Below are positions 41,112-50,554 of a DNA stretch of 64,000 bases, in pieces. The stretch spans positions 17,280-81,279 of the forward strand of contig CAYYWX010000007.1 of the NCBI GenBank assembly GCA_964475405.1, in the 5' to 3' direction. Source of the DNA: an uncultured Verrucomicrobiota bacterium (GTDB lineage Bacteria > Verrucomicrobiota > Kiritimatiellia > JAAZAB01). The translations under genes were made by a program, and so were the position numbers. How positions within the stretch are numbered: the stretch's first letter is position 1; each line of letters opens with the position of its first letter. A model generated the notes under the pieces. That model had not been told where the DNA came from. It saw only the letters and a list, made by a program, of their open reading frames with translations, and ran no database searches.

Positions 41112-41204
41112 AATTCTCTTCCTGTGAACTTTGTGCGCTCTAGCGATCCCAACTCTCCGAGAGGTCGGGAGAGCGGGTGAGAAAAATCAGAGGTTAAATT
41201 TATC

Positions 41205-42134
41205 ATGAAAAAGCAAAGACCGGATATGCGGGTCAACATCGGCGGGATTGCCATGCGCAACCCGGTCATGGCCGCCTCCGGAACATTTGGGTATGGGCAG
41301 GAATACGCCGGTCTGGTTGATATAAACCGGCTGGGCGCCCTGGTCGTGAAGGGGATCAGCTGCAAGCCGGCCAGGGGCAATGATACGCCGCGCCTGGTTG
41401 AAGTTCCCGGCGGCCTGATCAACGCCATCGGCCTGCAAAACCCCGGCTTTGACGGGTTTGTAAATGACTACCTGCCTTTTCTCAGGAAGCACAAGGTCCC
41501 GGTGATTGTCAATATCTGGGGAAAGAGCGTGGAGGAATACGCCGAAGTTGCCGCGCGGTTTGACGGCGTCAAGGGCGTCCACGGCCTGGAGGCCAATATT
41601 TCCTGTCCGAACATCAAGACCGGCGGGATCGCTTTCGGCACCGATCCGGCCATGACGGCCGCGGTGGTCGCCCGGATCAGGCAAAGCACGAAACTGCCGT
41701 TGATTGTCAAGCTTTCGCCCAATGTGACCAGGATAGGCGACTTTGCCAGGATCGCCGAGGCCAACGGTGCCAATGCCGTTTCGCTGATCAATTCCTTTCC
41801 GGCCATGGCGATTGATATTGAAACCCGCCGGCCGGTCCTGGCAAATACCACCGGGGGCTTGAGCGGCCCGGCCATCCATCCCATCGCCCTGAAAATGGTC
41901 TGGGAGGCGGCGAAGTCGGTCAAAATTCCGATAGTGGGCATGGGGGGGATTACCTCGGCCGTGGAAGCGCTGGCCTTCCTGATCGCCGGCGCCTCGGCCG
42001 TCGCGGTCGGCACGGCGAACTTTGCCGATCCGACGACCATCTTGCGGGTCATTGAAGGCGTCGAATCTTATCTTGTCCGCCACAAAATGAACAATGTCCG
42101 CGAGCTGGTCGGATCGCTGGAGTTTCGTCGTTAA
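41205..42134 (+). CDS. pyrD: dihydroorotate dehydrogenase (class 1B catalytic subunit)
   Basis: NPVMAASGTFGYGQEY and an FMN-binding TIM barrel with GGITSAVEALAF are present. Confidence 0.9.
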   Translation: MKKQRPDMRVNIGGIAMRNPVMAASGTFGYGQEYAGLVDINRLGALVVKGISCKPARGNDTPRLVEVPGGLINAIGLQNPGFDGFVNDYLPFLRKHKVPVIVNIWGKSVEEYAEVAARFDGVKGVHGLEANISCPNIKTGGIAFGTDPAMTAAVVARIRQSTKLPLIVKLSPNVTRIGDFARIAEANGANAVSLINSFPAMAIDIETRRPVLANTTGGLSGPAIHPIALKMVWEAAKSVKIPIVGMGGITSAVEALAFLIAGASAVAVGTANFADPTTILRVIEGVESYLVRHKMNNVRELVGSLEFRR

Positions 42135-42790
42135 GATTTCCTAATGGAAAGCATAGGTGAGGCGAGGCGTCCCTGGCCTGCTCCGCCGTGGTAAAGCCTA
42201 CTGGCTACGAAGGCTGGACCGAGCCTTTTAATCTTGATTGAAAAAAAATGAAATGATCAAACGCGGCAAACTTCCTCACGAAATTCCGCTGTGGGTGACA
42301 CAAGGGGCGAGACATTTCATTACGATCAATGGCCGAGAACGTTACAAATGCATGTTAACCGATCCGCATGTTGCCGACATGCTGATCAATGGAGCAATTA
42401 AATATGAACAGTTGGGGCATTGGTTCGTCCACCTGCTGGTCATTATGCCTGACCATATTCATGCCATATTGACATTCAATCTGGATCAAGGTATTCGGAA
42501 GACGGTTTCGAGTTGGAAAGGTTATCAGGCAAAGATATGTGGAGTTAGATGGCAATCCGACTTTTTTGAACATCGGTTAAGAAATGATGATGAATATGCG
42601 GAGAAAGCATGTTATATGAGGATGAATCCTGTTCGTAAGGGATTGGTGTCAACACCGGAACAATGGCCTTATATATTAGACCGAGTTCTAAGGTAGGGCG
42701 AGGCGTCCCTGCCGAGCAGTCTGATGAAGAGGCGGCTCACCCTGAGGGTTCGCCCCACCGTGATGCATATGAAAAAAGATAAAGCCAGAC
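42128..42790 (+). mobile_element. RAYT-type (REP-associated tyrosine transposase, IS200-like) single-gene element with flanking direct repeats
   Basis: A low-GC tnpA-like gene is flanked by GTGAGGCGAGGCGTCCCTGG (42163-42182) and GTAGGGCGAGGCGTCCCTGC (42694-42713). Both begin with the REP-like GT[AG]G tetranucleotide. Confidence 0.6.
42238..42696 (+). CDS. REP-associated tyrosine transposase (RAYT / IS200-like Y1 transposase)
   Basis: The HuH motif (MPDHIHAIL) and the catalytic Tyr motif (YMRMNPVRKGLV, the YxxxNPVRxGLV RAYT signature) are present. It is 152 aa, with GC visibly lower than its neighbours. Confidence 0.8.
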   Translation: MKKNEMIKRGKLPHEIPLWVTQGARHFITINGRERYKCMLTDPHVADMLINGAIKYEQLGHWFVHLLVIMPDHIHAILTFNLDQGIRKTVSSWKGYQAKICGVRWQSDFFEHRLRNDDEYAEKACYMRMNPVRKGLVSTPEQWPYILDRVLR

Positions 42791-42825
42791 CTTTGACCGA
42801 ATTTAAATAAAATAGTGATGTTATT

Positions 42826-44439
42826 TTGATGGGCGTTTTATTTTCACATAAAGGACGAATATTTATCTGGATCATATCGGCGGCCATCGCCGGGTTTTCC
42901 GCGGCCTGCATTTTCTGGACTCCGTATGATCAGTCCCGGCTGTTCCGTCCGATCCCGGCCGGGGCGGTGCTGGTAAGTTCGCATCATGACCTCGGGCCGC
43001 GCCTTGGCAACCTGGCGACTAATATTTTCTTCAAGCCGTTTTTTGAGTCCGATGGCACGGACTTTAAAAATTTACAAAAGGACCGCTATGTCTCCCGGAT
43101 ACTGGCGTCGCGCTCGGTCTTTGCCTATGTGCCCGGCTTCAGTAATTTTACCTTGAACGGCGAGTTGTCATCCAGTCCTGCCCTGGTGATCTCGTCCTGG
43201 GTCGGCGGCTGGAGCGCGGTCATGCGCTGGGCGCTCTGGATCCATCCGCCCGGCGAGGTCAAGCCGCTCGGCAATTATAACGGGCACCGGGTGTGGGCGT
43301 ATAAAAAACCGGTCACGTGTTTCGGCGCGGTCAATTATTTGTCGTTTGTCATTGATGAGGGAATCTTTATCGGCTGCCTTTCGCGCGAAAGGGACGGGGT
43401 AGTTTATCTCTTGAAAAATTACGACGCTCGGAAGGATTCGATTTTGAATGTTCCCCAATTCCGGCTTGATGGGGAAAAAGACCGGGTCTGGCTCAGGTTT
43501 GATCTGCCGAACGCGGCGCCAAGGAAAACTTTTTTCGCGGCCGTCTCCCTGGACGAGCTTAAAAACGATTACCTCGCGGCCACGATAAGGTTTGAGCCGG
43601 AAATCTGTCATGATTTTGACAATGACGTCCTGCCCCGGGATGCAACTTCAACGGAAATCGGGAAAATAAACGCCTGTGCGCCGGCAATCGTCGCGTCGCT
43701 CCCCGCGAGTATGGCGTTCGAAGGAATCAGGGAAGTTATGTCCCCGGCGTGGACCGCGGCGATCGGGCCGCTTTTGTCCTCGCCGCCCGCCACGAACAAT
43801 ATATGCCTGCTGACGGTCTTCACCGGCGTGTACGGCGGACAATTCGGGAAGGAGCCTTTCAGGCTTGCGGTGCCGACTGTCCTGCTGGCGGTTTCGGGTT
43901 GCCGGCCTGAACCGGCGAAAGCGGAAATATTTGAACTGCTGGACCTGATCAACCTGAAATACCGGCTGGGCTTGATCATGAATTCGGTTTTGCCCCCCGC
44001 CGGCCGATACCCGGTTTTTACGGTTGAATCCACCTCCGGCGCCCTGCTGGGCTCGCTGCCGATTGAGGACCAGCCCGCGTTTGCTTTTTATAACGACTGG
44101 CTCCTGCTGGCCAGCAACGGCGCGGGCTTGAGGAAGGTGCTCATTGATTTTCAATTCCGGGAAAGCCCCGCGAATAACGCCGGCAACATCCGGCGGAAGA
44201 AAGCTTTCATCCGGATTGATCCGGGCGAGGGCGGCAAGGCGCTCCGGTTCGCCCTCACGGCTTCAATCATGATGCTGGACGCGGACGCGCGGAATCCTTC
44301 CAAACAGGGCACGATAAAAATAATCAAGGCGGCGCGCTCCTGGCTGGAAAACATCGACAAGCTGAAAAATTGCGCGGCTTGGATGGAATCGGAAAACGGC
44401 CGGACAGTCGTGCGCCTGGAGATCGGATCCAGGAATTGA
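42826..44439 (+). CDS. hypothetical membrane-anchored protein
   Basis: It has one N-terminal TM segment. The rest is an uncharacterised soluble domain of 537 aa. Confidence 0.4.
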   Translation: MMGVLFSHKGRIFIWIISAAIAGFSAACIFWTPYDQSRLFRPIPAGAVLVSSHHDLGPRLGNLATNIFFKPFFESDGTDFKNLQKDRYVSRILASRSVFAYVPGFSNFTLNGELSSSPALVISSWVGGWSAVMRWALWIHPPGEVKPLGNYNGHRVWAYKKPVTCFGAVNYLSFVIDEGIFIGCLSRERDGVVYLLKNYDARKDSILNVPQFRLDGEKDRVWLRFDLPNAAPRKTFFAAVSLDELKNDYLAATIRFEPEICHDFDNDVLPRDATSTEIGKINACAPAIVASLPASMAFEGIREVMSPAWTAAIGPLLSSPPATNNICLLTVFTGVYGGQFGKEPFRLAVPTVLLAVSGCRPEPAKAEIFELLDLINLKYRLGLIMNSVLPPAGRYPVFTVESTSGALLGSLPIEDQPAFAFYNDWLLLASNGAGLRKVLIDFQFRESPANNAGNIRRKKAFIRIDPGEGGKALRFALTASIMMLDADARNPSKQGTIKIIKAARSWLENIDKLKNCAAWMESENGRTVVRLEIGSRN

Positions 44440-44497
44440 AAAATAATTGACAACCCGGTAATAAATAATCAACAAATAGCATGGTCATGCCGCACGA

Positions 44498-45106
44498 GTG
44501 TATGGTATAAACATACATATGAACACCTTGGCACAGTTGTTATGTTCGCGCGTGCGGGCGAAGCTTTTTGATCTGCTTTTTTGCGCCTCCCCGGCTCCCC
44601 TCCATTTGCGCGAGATTCAGCGGCGTTCAGGGCTTGCCCTCGGCACGGTGCGCCAGGACATCGAAAAACTGGTTAAGATGGAATTGGTCTTGCGCCGGAA
44701 AGACGGCAATCGGATGTATTATGCCGCGAACGAAAAACATCCTCTTTTCCCGGAAATCCGCGGGCTGGTGCTTAAAACATCGAGCCTGGTTGATTGGTTG
44801 AAGCAGGCGTTAAATGTCCCGTCAATCCGATGCGCTTTTGTGTTCGGCTCTGTCGCGCAAGGCAAGGCAACCGCGGAAAGCGACCTTGATTTGATGGTAA
44901 TTGGTGAAATCAGCCTGCGAAAAATCACCGGATTACTTTCCGGGGCCGGGAATCGTCTTGGGCGGGAAATCAATTCGCATGTTCTTGGTCCGGCCGAGTT
45001 TTTAAAACGGCGGAAGGCCAGCGAGCATTTTGTGACTTCGGTGATGACGTCGCCGAAGATTTGGTTGATTGGTTCAGAAGATGAACTTGCGGCAATGGGC
45101 AAATAA
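44498..45106 (+). CDS. HTH (winged-helix) plus MNT-type nucleotidyltransferase fusion protein
   Basis: The N-terminus is a wHTH (LHLREIQRRSGLALGTVRQDIEKL). The NTase motif FVFGSVAQGKATAESDLDLMVIG follows. Confidence 0.65.
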   Translation: MYGINIHMNTLAQLLCSRVRAKLFDLLFCASPAPLHLREIQRRSGLALGTVRQDIEKLVKMELVLRRKDGNRMYYAANEKHPLFPEIRGLVLKTSSLVDWLKQALNVPSIRCAFVFGSVAQGKATAESDLDLMVIGEISLRKITGLLSGAGNRLGREINSHVLGPAEFLKRRKASEHFVTSVMTSPKIWLIGSEDELAAMGK

Positions 45107-45521
45107 CGGCTGGCTTAAGGCGCATAAGACCGACCGGCAGGAGATCGGCAACCTGCTGGCCATTGTGCGCCGCGATTTGGCGGATGCACGGTCGGCTGAA
45201 GTCTCGGCGGACTGGCGTTTCGGGATAGCCTACAATGCGGCCCTCAAACTCTGTACTATCCTGCTTTATGCCGAGGGCTACCGTCCGGCGCAGAACCTGG
45301 CGCATTACCGGACGCTGCAGGCCTTGTCTTTGATCCTCGGCAACGCGCGTAAGCCGGATGCGGATTACCTTGACGCCTGCCGGACCAAGCGCAATACCGT
45401 GGAATATGACTATGTCGGCGGTGCAACGGACTCTGACGCGGATGAGCTGATCGGGTTTGTCAAGGACTTGGAAAAGGACACCTTGGCATGGCTCAAGTCA
45501 CGGCATCCGGGTCTGATCTGA
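45081..45521 (+). CDS. HEPN-like partner protein (Rx4YxY variant)
   Basis: Its ATG overlaps the last codons of the upstream gene, which suggests translational coupling. The sequence is predicted all-helical. The motif CRTKRNTVEYDYVG resembles the HepT Rx4HxY motif with His replaced by Tyr. Confidence 0.4.
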   Translation: MNLRQWANNGWLKAHKTDRQEIGNLLAIVRRDLADARSAEVSADWRFGIAYNAALKLCTILLYAEGYRPAQNLAHYRTLQALSLILGNARKPDADYLDACRTKRNTVEYDYVGGATDSDADELIGFVKDLEKDTLAWLKSRHPGLI

Positions 45522-45567
45522 AATTATAAATTGAACGGGTAAAATTAACACAGAAAGGACAAAAATA

Positions 45568-48500
45568 ATGAACAAAAAAACAGTCGGGATTATTACCGCG
45601 TTACTGGTCGTCTCTTTGATCGTAGTTTCCGCGCGGGCGGTCGGGATTGCCGCGGGCGGCTCGCAGGCGTTTAAGATCTGCAGCTACGGCACGGTCTGGG
45701 GCTGGGGGGGAAATAACCTTGGCCAGCTTGGCGACGGCACAAGTATAGAAAATCAAACCCGGCCGGTTCAGGTGCTCGGCCTTTCCGGGCTGTCATCGCT
45801 GGTCGCTGGTCGTAACCACACTTTCGCGATCAAGAACGACGGCACGATCCTTGTCTGGGGAAGCAATGTGCAGGGACAATTCGGGAACGGGACAAACGCC
45901 AGCACGAATATCCCGACCCTGGTAAACTGGTCGGCGGGAGTGTCAAAGCTGGGCTGCGGATGGTATCAGACGCTGATAATCAAGAATGACGGCACGGCCT
46001 GGGGCTGCGGCGCGAATGATTATGGCCAGCTTGGCATCGGCACCACCACCAACACGAATGTGCCGGTCCAGGCGCTTAACCTGACGAGCGTGTTGTCCGC
46101 GGCCAGCGGGGGATGGCATTCGCTTTTCTTGAATAATGACGGCACAGTCTGGGCGTGCGGGCGGAATGATTGCGGCCAGGTCGGCGACGGCACCACCGCC
46201 GACACGAATCGTCCTGTTGCGGTGCTTGACCTGACGGGAATATCGGCGGTGGCGGCCGGCGGGAGTCATTCCGTGGCATTAAAAAACGACGGCTCGGTCT
46301 GGGCCTGGGGATTCAACGATAACGGCCAGCTCGGGAACGGGACCATCATTAACACGAATCGCCCGGTGCAGGTCGTCGGTCTTGCCGGGGTGGCGGCCGT
46401 ATCGGCGGGCGAGAGATTCACGCTCGCGCTCAAGACCAACGGCACGGTCTGGGCCTGGGGACAGAATAATGTCGGTCAACTGGGGGACGGGACGACAAAC
46501 AATGCCTACCTGCCGGTGCAGGTTTTTGGGCTTTCCAATATCGTTTCCATCGGCGCCGGGTTTGGTTATGCAATGGCGATGGATAACAGCGGAATGGTCT
46601 GGGCGTGGGGGAATGGGTCGGATGGGCAGTTGGATAACGGAATTCTTGGTTATAGTATTGAACCGGGCGCGGTTTACGGATTGACCAACCCGGCGGCCAT
46701 ATCAGCCGGGGGAGAGCATTCGCTGGCGCTGAAGAACGACGGCACGGTTGTGGCTTGGGGCGTGAACGAGGAGGGCCAGCTCGGCGACGGCACCCAGGTG
46801 AATAAAATCAGCCCTGTGCAGGTTGGAGCGCTTGCCGGAATATCGGAGGTGTCGGGCGGCGCGCGCCATTCGCTCGCGTTGAAGGACGGAATCGCCTGGG
46901 CCTGGGGTGATAACGGTTTTGGCCAGCTCGGCGACGGGACGACAACCGACACGAATCGTCCTGTGCAGGTGGTCGACCTGACCGGGATATCGGTCTTAGC
47001 TGCCGGCGGGCAACATTCACTGGCATTAAAGAATGGAAGCGTCTGGGCCTGGGGCGGCAATAGTTATGGCCAGCTCGGGAACGGGACCGCCGGAGTCATG
47101 ACCAGCACGAATCGCCCGGTGCAGACTCTTAATCTTTCGGGTGTATCCGCGATCGCCTGCGGGAGCGGCCATTCGCTGGCAATAAGCAACGGCATTGTCT
47201 GGGCCTGGGGATGCAATTGGGCCGGCCAGGTCGGGAACGGGGCGAAAACCGACACGAATCTTCCGGTGCAGGTGCTCAACCTGACGGGCGTGTCGGCCAT
47301 CGCCGGCGGCGATTATCATTCGCTCGCGGTAAAAAATGACGGGACGGCCTGGACCTGGGGATTGAACAACCATGGCCAGCTTGGCGATGGGACGATAAAC
47401 ACGAGCACTGTTCCGGTGCAGGTCGTCGGCCTTGCGGGCGTGTCGGCCATGGCGGCAGGCGAATATCATTCGCTTGCCTTGAAAACCAACGGCACGGTCT
47501 GGGCCTGGGGGTATAACGCCTTCGGCCAGCTTTGCGACGGGACCACGACCGAAACGAATCTTCCGGTGCAGGTCCACGGCATAACCAATGCCGTCGCCAT
47601 CTCCGCCGGATACGCGTACTCAATGGCTTTGCTGGCCGACGGCCGGGTTGTCGCGTGGGGCGATAACGAATACGGCCAAAATGGAAACGGGAGCTGGTGG
47701 TATTCTCCCGTCCCGATTGCGGTTTTAGTGGAACCCGGCGTGCCGACCGGCGTTACCGCCGGCAATGGCACATCGGCCGACAAGGTCCGCGTTGCCTGGA
47801 ACCAGGTGGCCAATGCCACCGGGTACATGGTCTGGCGGAGCGGGGAGAATAACACAAACAGCGCCGCGCTCCTCGCGGGGGGAATCAGTACGAACTATTA
47901 CAACGACACGGCCGCCGTGCCGGGAACCATTTATTATTACTGGTTGACGGCGACCAATGCCTGCGGCACGAGCACGTTCAGTTCAGTTGCTTCCGGCTGG
48001 CGGGCTTCCGCCGATGCCTGCGGCGATATAGACGGCGATCGCCTGGCCGATCTCCTCACCATCGTGGATTCAAACTGGTACGTCTGGTTCTCCACGTCGC
48101 AATATCAGGTACGCTGCGGTCCCTATGACCTGGGCATTTCCGGCCGGCCTGTCACCGGCGATATTGACGGGGATGGCCTTGCCGACCTGGTCAGCGTTTC
48201 CGGCTCCAATTGGTACGTGTGGTTCTCCAGCTCGCAATACCTTGTGCGTTGCGGGCCTTATGACATGGGCATCTCCGGCACGCCCGCCACGGGCGATATT
48301 GACGGGGACCGGCTCGCGGACCTGATCGTTGTCTCGGGTTGTAACTGGTATGTGTGGTTCTCCAGCTCGCAATATCTCGTGCGCTGCGGTCCGTATGACA
48401 TGGGCGTTTCCGGGCGGCCTGTCACCGGAGATATTGACGGCGACGGATTGGCTGATCTTGTCAGCGTCAGTGGCTCAAACTGGTATGTGTGGTTTTCAAC

Positions 48501-48687
48501 CTCGCAATATCAGGTACGCTGCGGGCCTTATGACATGGGCGTTTCCGGCACGCCTGTCATGGGGGATGCGGACGGGGACCGCCTCGCCGATCTATTCGTG
48601 GTGTCCGCCACGGGCGGATGGTATGTCTGGTTCTCCACCTCGCAATATCTCGTGCGTTGTGGCCCGTATACGCTGACCGCGCCGTGA
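45568..48687 (+). CDS. secreted RCC1-repeat (beta-propeller) protein with a fibronectin-III-like domain and C-terminal FG-GAP/VCBS-like repeats
   Basis: It has a signal peptide and about 17 RCC1 repeats (GQLGDGT/GQLGNGT periodicity). A FnIII-like segment follows, then 6 near-identical ~40-aa repeats (GDIDGDGLADLVSVSGSNWYVWFSSSQY). Confidence 0.8.
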   Translation: MNKKTVGIITALLVVSLIVVSARAVGIAAGGSQAFKICSYGTVWGWGGNNLGQLGDGTSIENQTRPVQVLGLSGLSSLVAGRNHTFAIKNDGTILVWGSNVQGQFGNGTNASTNIPTLVNWSAGVSKLGCGWYQTLIIKNDGTAWGCGANDYGQLGIGTTTNTNVPVQALNLTSVLSAASGGWHSLFLNNDGTVWACGRNDCGQVGDGTTADTNRPVAVLDLTGISAVAAGGSHSVALKNDGSVWAWGFNDNGQLGNGTIINTNRPVQVVGLAGVAAVSAGERFTLALKTNGTVWAWGQNNVGQLGDGTTNNAYLPVQVFGLSNIVSIGAGFGYAMAMDNSGMVWAWGNGSDGQLDNGILGYSIEPGAVYGLTNPAAISAGGEHSLALKNDGTVVAWGVNEEGQLGDGTQVNKISPVQVGALAGISEVSGGARHSLALKDGIAWAWGDNGFGQLGDGTTTDTNRPVQVVDLTGISVLAAGGQHSLALKNGSVWAWGGNSYGQLGNGTAGVMTSTNRPVQTLNLSGVSAIACGSGHSLAISNGIVWAWGCNWAGQVGNGAKTDTNLPVQVLNLTGVSAIAGGDYHSLAVKNDGTAWTWGLNNHGQLGDGTINTSTVPVQVVGLAGVSAMAAGEYHSLALKTNGTVWAWGYNAFGQLCDGTTTETNLPVQVHGITNAVAISAGYAYSMALLADGRVVAWGDNEYGQNGNGSWWYSPVPIAVLVEPGVPTGVTAGNGTSADKVRVAWNQVANATGYMVWRSGENNTNSAALLAGGISTNYYNDTAAVPGTIYYYWLTATNACGTSTFSSVASGWRASADACGDIDGDRLADLLTIVDSNWYVWFSTSQYQVRCGPYDLGISGRPVTGDIDGDGLADLVSVSGSNWYVWFSSSQYLVRCGPYDMGISGTPATGDIDGDRLADLIVVSGCNWYVWFSSSQYLVRCGPYDMGVSGRPVTGDIDGDGLADLVSVSGSNWYVWFSTSQYQVRCGPYDMGVSGTPVMGDADGDRLADLFVVSATGGWYVWFSTSQYLVRCGPYTLTAP

Positions 48688-48690
48688 TAA
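48000..48690 (+). repeat. near-identical ~120-nt tandem DNA repeats encoding the FG-GAP-like modules at the 3' end of the RCC1 gene
   Basis: Units of GGCGATATTGACGGGGA...TGGTACGTGTGGTTCTCCAGCTCGCAATA... recur about 6 times, with more than 85% nucleotide identity. Confidence 0.8.
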
Positions 48691-49123
48691 GTATTTAGCA
48701 GGGGGTATTTGTAACGGTGTGTTACCTGCCCTGCGTAGTTCCGACATCCCTGTCCGATCTCGGCCAGGGAGGTTGGAACGAAGAAGGGTGCGTTGCGGCC
48801 CGTATACCCTGACCGCGCCGTGATCTTTTGGCTGGTCTCAAAATCACAAATTAGTGATGAATAATGTATATTTCCGCCTTCGGCGCTCAAGAGTTCCAAA
48901 TGGAGATCCATGCATTTTATTGGTGGTGTCACCGGCAATGGATACCGTGCCATAAACGCGGCGGTCGGGTTCGCTGCGATGGCACTTGGTATCGCCGGAA
49001 TGGGCGGCCGATTTGGCCGGAATCCGTGTTTGTTCAGCGGCGTTGAAAATTATGTCCTTTTATTGTTTGATTTTGCAGTAATGCCTGTTACAGTAATGGC
49101 GGTTACTAAAAAGGATTCATTCC

Positions 49124-50443
49124 ATGAAATTCTATGACCGCCAAAAAGAGTTGTCCGACCTTCAGAAATTGTTCCAGCAGTCCGCCCAGTCTGCCCGTAT
49201 GACCGTCTTGACCGGCAGAAGACGCGTGGGGAAGACCTTGCTTGCCCTGGAATTTGCCAGGCGCCACAAGTTCATCTATCTGTTTGTGTCAAAGAAATCG
49301 GAAACCCTTCTATGCGCTGAGTTCCTTGATGAGGTTAATCGGCAGTTTGAACTCCCGGTTATTGGCGAAATCAAAACGTTCAAGGGTGTCTTTGCCTTGC
49401 TTCTGGAGCTGGCGAAAAAGGAGCGCTTCACCCTGATTATGGATGAGTTTCAGGAATTTCAGAATATCAATCCGGCCGTGTTCTCTGAAATCCAGCATTT
49501 ATGGGACATGAATAAATCCAAGTGCAAGCTAAACCTGGTTTTTATCGGCTCCGTCTATTCGCTGATGCACAAAATATTCCAGGAGTCCAAGGAGCCCCTG
49601 TTTGGGAGAGCCGATAGGACTTTGGCGATTCAACCTTTTAGGATTACAACTATCCGCCAGATGTTATTGGATTGTAAGGTTCATGACGTTCAATCCCTGT
49701 TTGATATGTATGTGCTGACGGGTGGAATGCCAAAGTATCTTGACCTGTTTATTGAAAATGGCGCCCTGTCCTTTAAGGCGATGGTGGATTTCATGTTGGA
49801 TGCCAATTCGCCGTTTATCCCTGAGGGCAAAAATCTTCTGGTGGAGGAGTTTGGCAAGGATTACGGAATTTATTTCTCCATTTTGGAGCTGATTGCCTTC
49901 GGAAAGACGGCTAGATCGGAAATTGAATCCCTGCTGGAATGTAACGTGGGCGGTTATCTGGACAGGCTGGAGAAGGATTACGCCATTGTCTCCAGGCATA
50001 AACCCATCAATGCCAAGCCAAATTCAAGACTGCAGAAATACAAAATTACGGATAATTTCTTGAATTTCTGGTTCCGGTTCATCTATCGGAATCGGTCGGC
50101 AGTGGAAACCGGTAATTTCGGCTACGTGAAGGACATCATTCGTCGTGATTATGCCGTTTATTGCGGGCGCATGCTGGAGAATTATTTCCGTGATTTGATG
50201 GCTGACGCTGGACGTTACAACCAGATTGGCTCCTACTGGGAACGGGGCAACGAGAACGAGATAGATATTGTTGCTGTTAATGATTTGAAAAAAGAAATTG
50301 TGGTTGCAGAGGTCAAACGGAACAGGGCGCGGATCAATTTGGCGGTGCTGGAGAAGAAAGCCGAAGGACTGCTCCATGACTATCGGGACTACAAGCCTGT
50401 CTGGTTGGGTTTAAGCTTGGAGGATAGCAAGGCATTCCTGTAA
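49124..50443 (+). CDS. AAA+ ATPase of the archaeal-ATPase/DUF234 family
   Basis: MKFYDRQKELSDL...LTGRRRVGKT is the Walker A of the Arch_ATPase family, with a C-terminal DUF234-like region. GC is lower than the backbone. Confidence 0.7.
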   Translation: MKFYDRQKELSDLQKLFQQSAQSARMTVLTGRRRVGKTLLALEFARRHKFIYLFVSKKSETLLCAEFLDEVNRQFELPVIGEIKTFKGVFALLLELAKKERFTLIMDEFQEFQNINPAVFSEIQHLWDMNKSKCKLNLVFIGSVYSLMHKIFQESKEPLFGRADRTLAIQPFRITTIRQMLLDCKVHDVQSLFDMYVLTGGMPKYLDLFIENGALSFKAMVDFMLDANSPFIPEGKNLLVEEFGKDYGIYFSILELIAFGKTARSEIESLLECNVGGYLDRLEKDYAIVSRHKPINAKPNSRLQKYKITDNFLNFWFRFIYRNRSAVETGNFGYVKDIIRRDYAVYCGRMLENYFRDLMADAGRYNQIGSYWERGNENEIDIVAVNDLKKEIVVAEVKRNRARINLAVLEKKAEGLLHDYRDYKPVWLGLSLEDSKAFL

Positions 50444-50554
50444 TGAAATCCGGCGCGTATTTTCCAGCCTATCAAGTTTTATTATATCACCCAAAGATCC
50501 GGCGAGAATGAGCGTTGCAGGTGATTATTGACAGTTTATTAACAGGCTGGTAGG

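Noticed and set aside
45943-48372. Multiple 60-180-aa minus-strand ORFs inside the RCC1 gene
   Set aside because: They are repeat-driven antisense frames within a 1039-aa gene whose repeat structure is coherent on the plus strand.
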